64,000 nt of DNA, from the IMG/VR virus record IMGVR_UViG_3300020122_000176. One strand, given 5' to 3'. Source of the DNA: an uncultured virus (IMG/VR IMGVR_UViG_3300020122_000176). Taxonomy: Duplodnaviria > Heunggongvirae > Uroviricota > Caudoviricetes. Every line of letters begins with the position of its first letter. Position 1 is the first letter of the stretch. This document shows positions 18,010 through 26,126 of this stretch, piece after piece. Both the position numbers and the translations under genes were made by a program. The notes under the pieces were generated by a model. That model was not told where the DNA came from. It searched no databases and was given only the letters and a program-made list of their open reading frames with translations.

Positions 18010-18243
18010 TCAATCTTTCGACTCGGGAGGTTGGGGCAGTGGCATCCAGAATTTCGGCTCCTGCTTCTTCAAACTTTCGCCAATTCCTATCCAAGTTCGG
18101 CTGGGGAGGTCAGCTTCGACCGGCGCATGGCAGTAAGCGATGAGAACCGTATTTTCATACCGCATCTCCCTTGCCACATGGCGACGGAAGGGCACCAAGA
18201 CGCGCTCATTGATTGGGGCGGTTGAAATTGGTTGCCAGTCCAC
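18010..18243 (-). CDS. DUF551-like phage protein
   Basis: WQPISTAP...FWMPLPQPP signature. Confidence 0.75.
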   Translation of the reverse strand: MDWQPISTAPINERVLVPFRRHVAREMRYENTVLIAYCHAPVEADLPSRTWIGIGESLKKQEPKFWMPLPQPPESKD

Positions 18244-18251
18244 TTGCGGCC

Positions 18252-18728
18252 TCAACTGACTGGTTCGGGAGTTGGCTTGAACCCGCTGATCATCACAAAG
18301 CCGCTGCCCGCCATGTCGCGCGCCTCTTTCCCTTTGAAGCCGAGCGTCGCTGGGGTGATGACGCCCCACAGACCGAGCACTTTGCCGAGCGCGAAGAGTT
18401 GGAAGGCCGCGCCTTGGTCGCCAATCTCAGCGCCGACCTCGATGTAGGACGGGCCGCCAGCAAGGCGGTCAGGCTGCGGATAGGTCTTGAGGATCGAAAT
18501 GAGTTCGGCTTTGTGCTTTTCCGCGCCCGCCTTATCCACGCCGATTACAAGGAACTCAAGATCGACCTTCTCGATTCCGCTTTTGGCTTCGCTCTCGTGC
18601 GGCATCATATCGATGGTCGTGACCCGCACATTTGGCAGGTCTTCCTCGGTCACAACCTCGCCTTTTTTGCGAAGCTGGACTGTCGTCTCGTTGAGGATTT
18701 CGTATAGGCGGTCAACGTTCATGGTCAT
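18252..18728 (-). CDS. Conserved hypothetical phage protein
   Basis: GPSYIEVGAEIGDQGAAFQLFALG..LGLWGVITP motif. Confidence 0.65.
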   Translation of the reverse strand: MTMNVDRLYEILNETTVQLRKKGEVVTEEDLPNVRVTTIDMMPHESEAKSGIEKVDLEFLVIGVDKAGAEKHKAELISILKTYPQPDRLAGGPSYIEVGAEIGDQGAAFQLFALGKVLGLWGVITPATLGFKGKEARDMAGSGFVMISGFKPTPEPVS

Positions 18729-18742
18729 TTCCGGCCTCTACG

Positions 18743-18887
18743 TTACGCCGCGAGCGCGGCTGGTTTGAGTGATCCCCATTGATCGGCCATAGCCTCGGCA
18801 ATGCCAACTAGCGTGCGGCTGCGCTCTTTCCAGCGGGAAGGCGCTGCGAACGATACCGGAGAACTCACAGGCGATCAGAACTCTCAT
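18743..18887 (-). pseudogene. Internally deleted phage DNA methyltransferase-family gene
   Basis: N-terminus MRVLIACEFSGIVRSAF abuts the out-of-frame C-terminus RWKERSRTLVGIAEAMADQWG. Confidence 0.8.
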
Positions 18888-18906
18888 TCCGCTTGTATAG
18901 CACCGC

Positions 18907-18935
18907 TTGACCGGAATTACAATAGCGGTTATAAG
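18907..18935 (+). promoter_or_regulatory. Sigma70-like promoter for a leaderless mRNA
   Basis: TTGACC-17-TATAAG, 6 nt before ATG 18942; overlapped by ACCGCT/AGCGGT inverted repeat. Confidence 0.6.
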
Positions 18936-18941
18936 AATCTT

Positions 18942-19463
18942 ATGCCTAAGAAAGTTTCTGTTATTAAAGCGACACGCGGCTATGCGCGGGACGAGAATGA
19001 CTCCAAAAGGCTCAAGGCGGCAGGCGTGAATACGATCTACAGGGCCGACAAGGGCGAGACGCTGGACAGGTTCAGAATGCGTAACGGCGAGTTCCTTGGC
19101 GTGGTGGATGGTCTCAGAGCCTTCGGCGGGCGGCGCGAGATCGGTAAAGCCGTCAAGCTCATCCATTCCTGGGGCTGCACGGTGATCGACGCCGAGACGG
19201 GGCTGCAAAGCCGCCAGGACGGCGTTGAGATGATGCGCCAAGCCATTGCGCCCAAGCTCAAGCCTGGACGTGCCGAGGAACTGCAAATCCTCTCAGCCAA
19301 GAGCCGCACGGACGATGGCCGTCTCAGCAAGCGCAAGGCCGAAATGATCTGGCGCAATCGCGGCTACACGGTCGAGGAAACTGTGGAACTAAGCGGTTGG
19401 CCTCAAGCGACGGCCTACCATGTGTTCGGGCCAAGGTTTAAGAAGCGGAAAACGGAAGATTAG
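18942..19463 (+). CDS. Degenerate serine resolvase-like protein with C-terminal HTH
   Basis: GYARDE (GYARVS lacking the Ser), LKAAGV..IY, ETVELSGWPQATAYH HTH. Confidence 0.6.
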   Translation: MPKKVSVIKATRGYARDENDSKRLKAAGVNTIYRADKGETLDRFRMRNGEFLGVVDGLRAFGGRREIGKAVKLIHSWGCTVIDAETGLQSRQDGVEMMRQAIAPKLKPGRAEELQILSAKSRTDDGRLSKRKAEMIWRNRGYTVEETVELSGWPQATAYHVFGPRFKKRKTED

Positions 19464-19816
19464 GAGCAATGAAGCAATGACAACCCGCATTTGGATTGAG
19501 GCTGCGGACGGCGAAAGAGCAGTGGCAGAGCTTATTGCGCAGATTGTTGAGGACGATGGATCAGTGACGATTACCGAAATGATTGAGCTTGTCCCCGGAG
19601 GATTAACCGCTATGTCTATGATCGCGTGCAGGTTGTCCTTCGCGCCAAACCAAAATCGAGGAAAGTCTATTTCGATGAAGTGCATTCACTAGCAGACTTC
19701 CGACGCTGGCTGGAAGCGCACTTGCCGCCGCCTCGCGCGGGAACAAACTCGATATTTTGGCTAAACCCGAAAGACGTACTGGAAAAATTTGATCGCGCAG
19801 TCGAACCAAAATGAGC

Positions 19817-19849
19817 AAAAAGAAACGCCGCCCAGTTGCCTGGACGGCG
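19817..19849 (-). terminator. Rho-independent terminator
   Basis: CGCCGTCCAG-GCAA-CTGGGCGGCG followed by TTTCTTTTT. Confidence 0.8.
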
Positions 19850-19905
19850 CTTCCTGCGTGGTAGCAACGACGCGCTGAAAGGACCAACTAACGGCACGCC
19901 GCGAA
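19817..19905 (-). ncRNA. Candidate ~90-nt small RNA with anti-SD seed
   Basis: Promoter TTGCCC-17-TACGGT (19938-19910) and intrinsic terminator with no ORF between; contains UUGGUCCUUUCAG. Confidence 0.55.
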
Positions 19906-20006
19906 TCAAACCGTAGTGCGTGCAACCAATCTGGGCAAGAGAGCCCTTTTGTCTTGTGTGCTTCACACCCCGAGAGCATCTTTCGGATTCCAGTGAGAGA
20001 AGTGTC

Positions 20007-21359
20007 GTGAAAATTGCCTGCGTGACGACTTGCCGAGGCCGACTAGATCATCTTCGTGCCACCCTGCCGGACAATCTTCGCGAACTAGATCGCGACGCCG
20101 TGATCGTGCTGCTCGACTACAACGACCAGGACGGCCTCGCTGGCTACATTGAGCGCAAGCACGCCGATGACCTCGAGTCCGGCAAGCTGGTCTACTACCG
20201 CAATAGCGACGCGCCGCGTTTCTTCATGGGCCATGCCAAGAACCAGGCGCATCGCTGTGCCGCGCAGGAAGGCGCAGACATCCTCGTCACGCTCGACGCC
20301 GACAACTACATGGGCGCTGGCTTCGTCCCCTATGTGCGCAGACGTTTCGAGCGCGAGCACGATCTATCGTTCCTGTGCCCCGACTTCGATGCCTTGCCGC
20401 CGCCAGGCAAGCGCTTCAATCGTCAAAATCCGCTGCGGCTCGGACGGGGCTTCGCTGGCAGACTGGCCATACGGATAAACGATTTCTTCAAGGCTGGCGG
20501 CTACAACGAGGCCTTCGACACATGGCGCGGCGAGGACATCGACCTGCTCGCCCGTCTCGACCGGATAGGGCTCAAGCGTGGCGCCATCAATCCGGCGTTC
20601 CTGAACGCTATCGCACACAGCGCTGCAGTCCGCTTCAAAGAATACCCAGAGGCGCGCAAGTATGAGCGCGAGGACGTCTACGCGATCACCGAGCACGCGC
20701 ACGACACCGTGGTCAACTATGGCAACGTCGGATGCGGGATTGTCACGCGCAATTTCGACGACACCCTGATACCCCTTGAGCCGATAGCGACCCGGATATT
20801 CGGCATAGGCATGCAGCGTACCGGCACCACAAGCCTGCACGAGGCGTTCAAGAGATTCGGCTTCGACGCCGGGCACTGGGAGTCCGCTGGCTGGGCGCGC
20901 GCCATCTGGCAGGAGATGAACCGCTGGGGCAGCTCGCGCACGCTCGAACAACGCTATGCGCTCACCGACAACCCGATTCCCGTGCTTTACAAGAAACTCG
21001 ACGAGGCATACCCAGGCTCGAAGTTCATTCTGACTGTGCGCGAGGAGACGGAGTGGCTCAAAAGCGTCGCCAAGTTCTGGACGCACGAAGGCAATCCGCG
21101 CCGCTGGACGTGGGACGTCGACGGCTTCTCCCACAAGATGCACGGCATTGTTTACGGCACGATCAAATTCGACGCGCTGACTTTCCTCGAGCGCTATCGC
21201 AGGCACAATGACGAGGTCACGCGCTACTTCAACGGCAGGCCGGATTTCATGCGCCTAGAAATTAAGAGCGACACATCAATGGCTGGCTTGTGCCGCTTCC
21301 TGAACCAGCCAGCGACCAACCGGAAGTTCCCCCATCAAAACAAAGGAGAGAGCAGATGA
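20007..21359 (+). CDS. Glycosyltransferase (GT2/GT7-like) - sulfotransferase fusion
   Basis: TCRGR..L, LDAD, GGYNEAF..WRGEDIDL; then IFGIGMQRTGTTSL PAPS loop, YPGSKFILTVRE..W..S. Confidence 0.88.
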   Translation: MKIACVTTCRGRLDHLRATLPDNLRELDRDAVIVLLDYNDQDGLAGYIERKHADDLESGKLVYYRNSDAPRFFMGHAKNQAHRCAAQEGADILVTLDADNYMGAGFVPYVRRRFEREHDLSFLCPDFDALPPPGKRFNRQNPLRLGRGFAGRLAIRINDFFKAGGYNEAFDTWRGEDIDLLARLDRIGLKRGAINPAFLNAIAHSAAVRFKEYPEARKYEREDVYAITEHAHDTVVNYGNVGCGIVTRNFDDTLIPLEPIATRIFGIGMQRTGTTSLHEAFKRFGFDAGHWESAGWARAIWQEMNRWGSSRTLEQRYALTDNPIPVLYKKLDEAYPGSKFILTVREETEWLKSVAKFWTHEGNPRRWTWDVDGFSHKMHGIVYGTIKFDALTFLERYRRHNDEVTRYFNGRPDFMRLEIKSDTSMAGLCRFLNQPATNRKFPHQNKGESR

Positions 21360-22165
21360 AATTCGGCAAAAAGCCTGCACGTCCAGGCGCGATGAAGCTT
21401 AGGCTGAGGGACTACATCAACATATCCGTCCTGCCTGCGCCAAACTGGAACAACTTCGGCTACGAATACAAAGTCACCGAGCCTTGGGAAATGCTCGGCA
21501 ACGACTTTTACGGCGATTGCGTGGAAGCTGGCGCAGCACACGAGACGATGCTGCTCAACGCCGAAGCCGGCAAGACCGTGACATTCACGCGCGAGACCGT
21601 GCTGTCGGACTACAGCGCGGCGACCGGTTTCAATCCGAACAATCCGAACACCGACCAGGGCACCGACATGGTGAGCTATGCGTCGTACCGTCGGAAGGTC
21701 GGCGTGATCGACGCGAGCAGCGTTCGCCACAAAGTGGCGGCCTATCTCGCCATCACGCCAGGCGATCTTGAGGAACACCTCATCGCAGCCAATCTGTTTG
21801 GCGCGGTCGGAATTGGCTTCGAGTGCCCCAGTAACACTATCGCGCAGTTCGATAGCGGCGAGCCGTGGTTCTGCGTTCCCGGCGCCACTACTAACGGCGA
21901 GGGCCATTATGTTCCGATGGTATCGCGGCGCAAGGGCATGCTGCGCACCGTAAGCTGGGGCCGCTTCCAGTTCATGAAAGACGGGTTCTTCGAGACGTAC
22001 AACGACGAGAGCGTCGTCTATCTGAGTACCGAGTTTCTGTCGGGTGGCGTGTCGCTCAACGGCTTCGACCTAGCGCATTTGCAGGCCGATCTTGCGCTGC
22101 TGGGACCGACGTCAGGTCCGACGAAGGGCGAGCGCCCGACAAAGGCGGACAGGCGCAAGGGCTAA
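21356..22165 (+). CDS. Papain-like cysteine peptidase
   Basis: GNDFYGDCVEA (Cys), GHYVP (His), VSWG; ATGA-coupled to the GT gene. Confidence 0.7.
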   Translation: MKFGKKPARPGAMKLRLRDYINISVLPAPNWNNFGYEYKVTEPWEMLGNDFYGDCVEAGAAHETMLLNAEAGKTVTFTRETVLSDYSAATGFNPNNPNTDQGTDMVSYASYRRKVGVIDASSVRHKVAAYLAITPGDLEEHLIAANLFGAVGIGFECPSNTIAQFDSGEPWFCVPGATTNGEGHYVPMVSRRKGMLRTVSWGRFQFMKDGFFETYNDESVVYLSTEFLSGGVSLNGFDLAHLQADLALLGPTSGPTKGERPTKADRRKG

Positions 22166-22183
22166 GTTCGCCGTCTCGAAACA

Positions 22184-22215
22184 AAGCTCGGCGCGGAAAC
22201 GTGCCGGGCTTTTTT
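22184..22215 (+). terminator. Intrinsic terminator between convergent operons
   Basis: AGCTCGGCGCG-GAAA-CGTGCCGGGCT + TTTTT. Confidence 0.8.
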
Positions 22216-22477
22216 AGTGGGTGGGAAAGCGATAGCCCAAGCCGAAATCGTTGCGCAGAGAGTAGCCGTGCGCCTCGAGAATGCGCCTTAGCTGGCAGAC
22301 GTAAACCTGTATGGTGGCCCGTCCGCAATGCAGCAGATGTTCCAGTCGCTCGTGGGGAACCGTTTCGCCGTTGGCCTTTAGCAGAGCGTCAAGGAGTTTT
22401 GCTTGCTGGCCCGCAACCACATAGGTCACGCCATCTATCAAAATGCAGGGGCGTTCTTGCGGTTGCACATGGATCAT
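22214..22477 (-). CDS. Stand-alone OmpR/PhoB-type winged-helix protein
   Basis: LLDALLKANGETVPHE...TIQVYVCQLRR.L...GLGYRF. Confidence 0.8.
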   Translation of the reverse strand: MIHVQPQERPCILIDGVTYVVAGQQAKLLDALLKANGETVPHERLEHLLHCGRATIQVYVCQLRRILEAHGYSLRNDFGLGYRFPTH

Positions 22478-22511
22478 GGCGCCGTTGACTGCGCCATAGC
22501 GCAGCCGGACC

Positions 22512-23069
22512 TCAGAGATACCAGACGAGCCCCGTCTCCAGCGTGACGTCGCCGCCAGATCCGATACGCCCGAGCCCGCCCTGCTCGTAACCGACCATGG
22601 TGCGCCATCCCAGCTGCGGCACGATCACAGTGAACTCAGGCCCAGCCCCGAGGCGCCAGCCCCACGCGAAGCCGCGCAGCGTGCTGAAGTCGTTCACATG
22701 GACCTGCGTCGACATGTAGTCGATGCCGAATGAGCCCAGCAGATCGAAGGAATCCGTCATCGGCACGCGCACGACCGCCTGGCCGAAGATGCCCTGCGTG
22801 GTGGCGCTCGCAAGCGATGCGTTGCTGAAGCGGCCGGCGTAGCCAGCCTCGAGCGAGATGCCCTGGAACAGCTGATAGCCCGCATACAGATTGACTCCGT
22901 AGAGCGCGTTCGGCGCTTTGCGGACGATCGTGCCATCGTAGCGCGCGCCGTCATAAACAGCGTCTGCGCCCAGATACCAGCCGGTCGGACCGCTCGGTGC
23001 GGCGTCAGCGACTGCCACATAAAAGACGAGGCCCATGAGGGCCAGCGCGATAAAAATCCACTTCTTCAT
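22512..23069 (-). CDS. Outer-membrane beta-barrel protein (OmpA-TM/Lom-like)
   Basis: Signal peptide, GWYLG, YAGYQ...SLEAGY, aromatic C-terminal strand. Confidence 0.8.
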   Translation of the reverse strand: MKKWIFIALALMGLVFYVAVADAAPSGPTGWYLGADAVYDGARYDGTIVRKAPNALYGVNLYAGYQLFQGISLEAGYAGRFSNASLASATTQGIFGQAVVRVPMTDSFDLLGSFGIDYMSTQVHVNDFSTLRGFAWGWRLGAGPEFTVIVPQLGWRTMVGYEQGGLGRIGSGGDVTLETGLVWYL

Positions 23070-23452
23070 TTCTTTCCCCTGCGTGATTCGCGTTTACGAC
23101 GATGATCCGAAGACTCGTGCGCTTCAACATGGCCACCGCCCAAAAAGGGCAACCTTGCAAAGATTTCGGCGGGGTTGGCGCCCATCCATGAGAGCAGGCT
23201 GATCGCAGCGCTCATGAGGTACATACCAGTCACGCCCAGCACGAAACTCGCCATCTTGACGTCGAATGGCGTGTACTTGGCCAGCAACTCCGAGAAGAAA
23301 TACGAACTCGCCAGGCCGGCCATGACGATCGATGCGACGACGCGAAGCGACGGCTGGCCGCGGTAGAGCAAGAGCGACAAGAACAGACCAGCGGTGCTGT
23401 TCTCCATCAGCGTGACCTTGTCAGCGGCAGCATTGATGACCGACTGATCCAT
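23066..23452 (-). CDS. Putative holin
   Basis: Three TM segments and a basic C-terminal tail, within the lysis region. Confidence 0.6.
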   Translation of the reverse strand: MDQSVINAAADKVTLMENSTAGLFLSLLLYRGQPSLRVVASIVMAGLASSYFFSELLAKYTPFDVKMASFVLGVTGMYLMSAAISLLSWMGANPAEIFARLPFLGGGHVEAHESSDHRRKRESRRGKK

Positions 23453-23877
23453 CAGTGACCTCCTCCGCGATTTGACAGTTCAATGATGATGCTCACCACC
23501 GACGTCACAAGCCCAATGACCGCGGTCGCGGCAATGCTGATATAACGCCAGCCGCCAGCGGAGAATGTCTGCCTGCTCGACACGGTGTCCAGCTTCGTGG
23601 CGAACTCATTAAGCCTGGTGTCGATCTTCTCGACTACCTGTTCCAGTTTGGTTTCAAACGCCAGCGTCTGCTTGACGGAGCGGTCTTCGGCGCGCGTCTC
23701 GATCCGTTCCAGCCTTGCGTCGGTACCCTTGGCGATCTCCCTGTCCTGCACCTCATGCGTTTCGAACCGCGCAATGAACGAGCCGAGCATGCCGCGCACC
23801 TCGCCCATGATCTCGGCGGCCCTTGAGTCGTCGCGCGGCATAGGCATCCCTTTGCGCTTTGTTGCCATCGATCTCAC
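23452..23877 (-). CDS. Coiled-coil protein with C-terminal TM helix (lysis region)
   Basis: Coiled coil followed by a single TM helix. Confidence 0.6.
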   Translation of the reverse strand: MRSMATKRKGMPMPRDDSRAAEIMGEVRGMLGSFIARFETHEVQDREIAKGTDARLERIETRAEDRSVKQTLAFETKLEQVVEKIDTRLNEFATKLDTVSSRQTFSAGGWRYISIAATAVIGLVTSVVSIIIELSNRGGGH

Positions 23878-23880
23878 CTC

Positions 23881-24309
23881 TCAGTGAGTAGTATGAAACA
23901 ACGACCAGATGTAGGCCAGCGATCCGACCGCCCCGATGATATAGCCCAGAACGTTTCCGAGGTCGGTTAAACCCTCACGCTTTCCGCCTTGGCTGCCTTC
24001 GGATTTGTCGATTCTAGTCTCGATGGCGCCAAGTTTGTCGGTCAACGCTTGGATTTTTGCGTCGGCCTCGCCGCGCAGCATGAACGTGCTGGCTTGATCA
24101 GAAAGTGTCTTGCGGAACTCGTTCACCGACTCGAAGCGCTTCTCGGTGGAGGCCTCTGCTTTTGCGACGGCGCGATCTGCGGCGGCCAGTGCCGCGTTCA
24201 GCGTGATGCGATCGGCTTCGCGCAGAACCTTGAACTGCTCCAGCAGCGCGAGCACATATTCGCGAAAGGTCCGAAACGTCCAGCCATCGTTCGGCGCTTC
24301 GTCTGCCAT
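23881..24309 (-). CDS. Coiled-coil protein with C-terminal TM helix
   Basis: AVAKAEASTEKRFESVNEFRKTLSDQ motif followed by a TM helix. Confidence 0.65.
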   Translation of the reverse strand: MADEAPNDGWTFRTFREYVLALLEQFKVLREADRITLNAALAAADRAVAKAEASTEKRFESVNEFRKTLSDQASTFMLRGEADAKIQALTDKLGAIETRIDKSEGSQGGKREGLTDLGNVLGYIIGAVGSLAYIWSLFHTTH

Positions 24310-24316
24310 CGTGCCC

Positions 24317-24601
24317 TCATTGCGGTGCCGGACTTTTTGGTCGCTTCGAGATAACGTCTGCCGTTGAATGAACAACCCCGCGGCACGCATCGCCCGCATC
24401 GAATCGCTGCCGAATATAGCCCGCCCACGCTTTATCGCCAGCGTCGGTCGCCGGCGCTGCAGGGTTATCAGGGCAGACCTGCGGAGGCAGAGGCAGATCG
24501 AGAAGGTTAGTGGTTTGCTCCGGCAGTCCCTTCTGCACGCACGCTGTCAATGACAGTGCGGAAAGCAGGACTGGCAGCACAGCTTTTCGAATCTGGAACA
24601 T
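24317..24601 (-). CDS. o-spanin (Rz1-like lipoprotein)
   Basis: Lipobox LTAC, Pro-rich, overlaps the i-spanin 3' end. Confidence 0.75.
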   Translation of the reverse strand: MFQIRKAVLPVLLSALSLTACVQKGLPEQTTNLLDLPLPPQVCPDNPAAPATDAGDKAWAGYIRQRFDAGDACRGVVHSTADVISKRPKSPAPQ

Positions 24602-24878
24602 GGGACAAAGCCTCAAGAAATTTGTTCAGAGCGCGGGCACGAATAGCATCCTGGTTGCGCCGGAAATCTTCAGCACCGGCGACGTTGGCCAGAGACGCTT
24701 GGAATGCGTCAATCGTGCGCTGATTTGCGTTCGCACGGTTCGTCTCGACCTGGGTCTTGAGGTTTGCGGTTTCGAACTGCGCGCTGATGAGTTGCGCCTT
24801 GTCAATCGTTTCGTGCGCGGCGAGACCACCAGCGACGAAGATCGCAGCCGCAACAATGGCCATGACGATAGGGTTCAT
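24507..24878 (-). CDS. i-spanin (Rz-like)
   Basis: N-terminal TM helix, coiled coil, C-terminal Cys. Confidence 0.72.
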   Translation of the reverse strand: MNPIVMAIVAAAIFVAGGLAAHETIDKAQLISAQFETANLKTQVETNRANANQRTIDAFQASLANVAGAEDFRRNQDAIRARALNKFLEALSHVPDSKSCAASPAFRTVIDSVRAEGTAGANH

Positions 24879-25171
24879 TTTCCGCCTCCTCCATCGCCGG
24901 CAGCTTTGGCCTGGATTTGTGCCAGCTTGGTCTTAGTGTCGCCGTGCATGTATCCCACGGCACCCGTCATGGCCGCGGCTATCGCGACAATCTCGGCCTC
25001 TGGGTGCGTGATGCATGCCCAGAAGACCGCGATGCCGCCCAGATAGATCGTCGTCGGCCGCGCCATGTCTTTCGCTGCGTCCAGAACGCGCTGCCATAGC
25101 GTTGGCTCGATCGGAGCAGGCGGCGCCGCAATTGCAGCAACGATCTTTGCCTTGGTCGCTTTAATGGCCAT
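24875..25171 (-). CDS. Holin-like membrane protein
   Basis: Two TM segments, between endolysin and spanins. Confidence 0.6.
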   Translation of the reverse strand: MAIKATKAKIVAAIAAPPAPIEPTLWQRVLDAAKDMARPTTIYLGGIAVFWACITHPEAEIVAIAAAMTGAVGYMHGDTKTKLAQIQAKAAGDGGGGK

Positions 25172-25718
25172 CGTCGCTCCAATGCGGAGGATCCGTTGCG
25201 AGCTTTATCACGCCATAGCTCGCGCCGACAGGGACCAGGCCATGCACATCGTTCGGGGCGAGCGTGACCTGCTCGCCAGACGCTTTCAGGAACGTCAGCT
25301 TGGTCCACCACTTGATCGTCATGTCTACCGCGCGGCGTTGCGTGTGGCGGCTGACGAGCGCAGCTGGATATGCGATGCGATAGCCCACGACCATCGCGTG
25401 CGCGCCATTGAGCGCCTTCGCCATGTTGCCGCCGCACGTCCAGTCGATGTCGACACCAGCCATTGGAGGAACGTCGGCCGGGGCAATCTGATGAAACACG
25501 CCGCCCTTGTCGGTGTAGCCGGCGACCTGGCAGGCGTAGTGCATCAAATAGGCGCGCTCTGGCGGCCGGTACGTCGCGCTGATCTCGACACTGGCGCCAG
25601 CGGCGTCGAGCATGTCGAGAAAGCGCTGCAGATCCGACTTGAACGGATCGATGAGATCGCTCACCGACGCCGAGCCGGGAAAGCGCGCGCACCATTGTGC
25701 GCCAGAAAATTCAGCCAT
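25161..25718 (-). CDS. Endolysin, M15-like Zn peptidase
   Basis: TYRP, SRHTQRRAVD (SxHx6D), DPPHWS. Confidence 0.8.
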   Translation of the reverse strand: MAEFSGAQWCARFPGSASVSDLIDPFKSDLQRFLDMLDAAGASVEISATYRPPERAYLMHYACQVAGYTDKGGVFHQIAPADVPPMAGVDIDWTCGGNMAKALNGAHAMVVGYRIAYPAALVSRHTQRRAVDMTIKWWTKLTFLKASGEQVTLAPNDVHGLVPVGASYGVIKLATDPPHWSDDGH

Positions 25719-25728
25719 GTTCGTCCTC

Positions 25729-26118
25729 CTAGACCAGTTTGGTGATGTTGAGTTTGTCGCCCTGGAAGATACCGCGCGCGCCGGCCGCCCACACCGGTGC
25801 CACGGCAAGCTGGCCAGCATATTTCAGCGTGAGCGTGTGACCAGTCGAATTGTAGATGCTGCACAGCCCCATGCCGAATGTCGCAAAGGTGACCGTGATT
25901 GCGCCGGTCGAGCCAGGGCTATTGTCAGCAACCACGAAGATGCTTCCCGCCGCCTGCTGGTCCTGCGTCAGCGATGCGACGTTGCTGGCGCCGATGCCGA
26001 TGTTGACCACGCCGGTGATCTTGGCGTCGAGCGCATCGATGGCAGCGTCGACCACGACCTCGGGCTGCGCGGCGTTGGCATCCAGATGGACGATGTCAAG
26101 GTTTGAAGACGACGGCAT
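25729..26118 (-). CDS. Tail-tip associated protein
   Basis: AQPEVVVDAAIDALD N-terminus; directly after the central fibre gene. Confidence 0.6.
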   Translation of the reverse strand: MPSSSNLDIVHLDANAAQPEVVVDAAIDALDAKITGVVNIGIGASNVASLTQDQQAAGSIFVVADNSPGSTGAITVTFATFGMGLCSIYNSTGHTLTLKYAGQLAVAPVWAAGARGIFQGDKLNITKLV

Positions 26119-26126
26119 GGATCACC

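Noticed and set aside
18942..19463. Integrase call
   Set aside because: Too short, lacks the catalytic Ser and the large serine recombinase domains
19477..19814. Two overlapping plus-strand ORFs as a programmed frameshift
   Set aside because: No slippery motif and no recognisable protein family; left uncalled
19891..20010. Plus-strand open frame starting at ACG after an RBS-like AAAGGA
   Set aside because: Non-standard start and no motif; the minus-strand sRNA explains the promoter and terminator better, though this reading is not excluded
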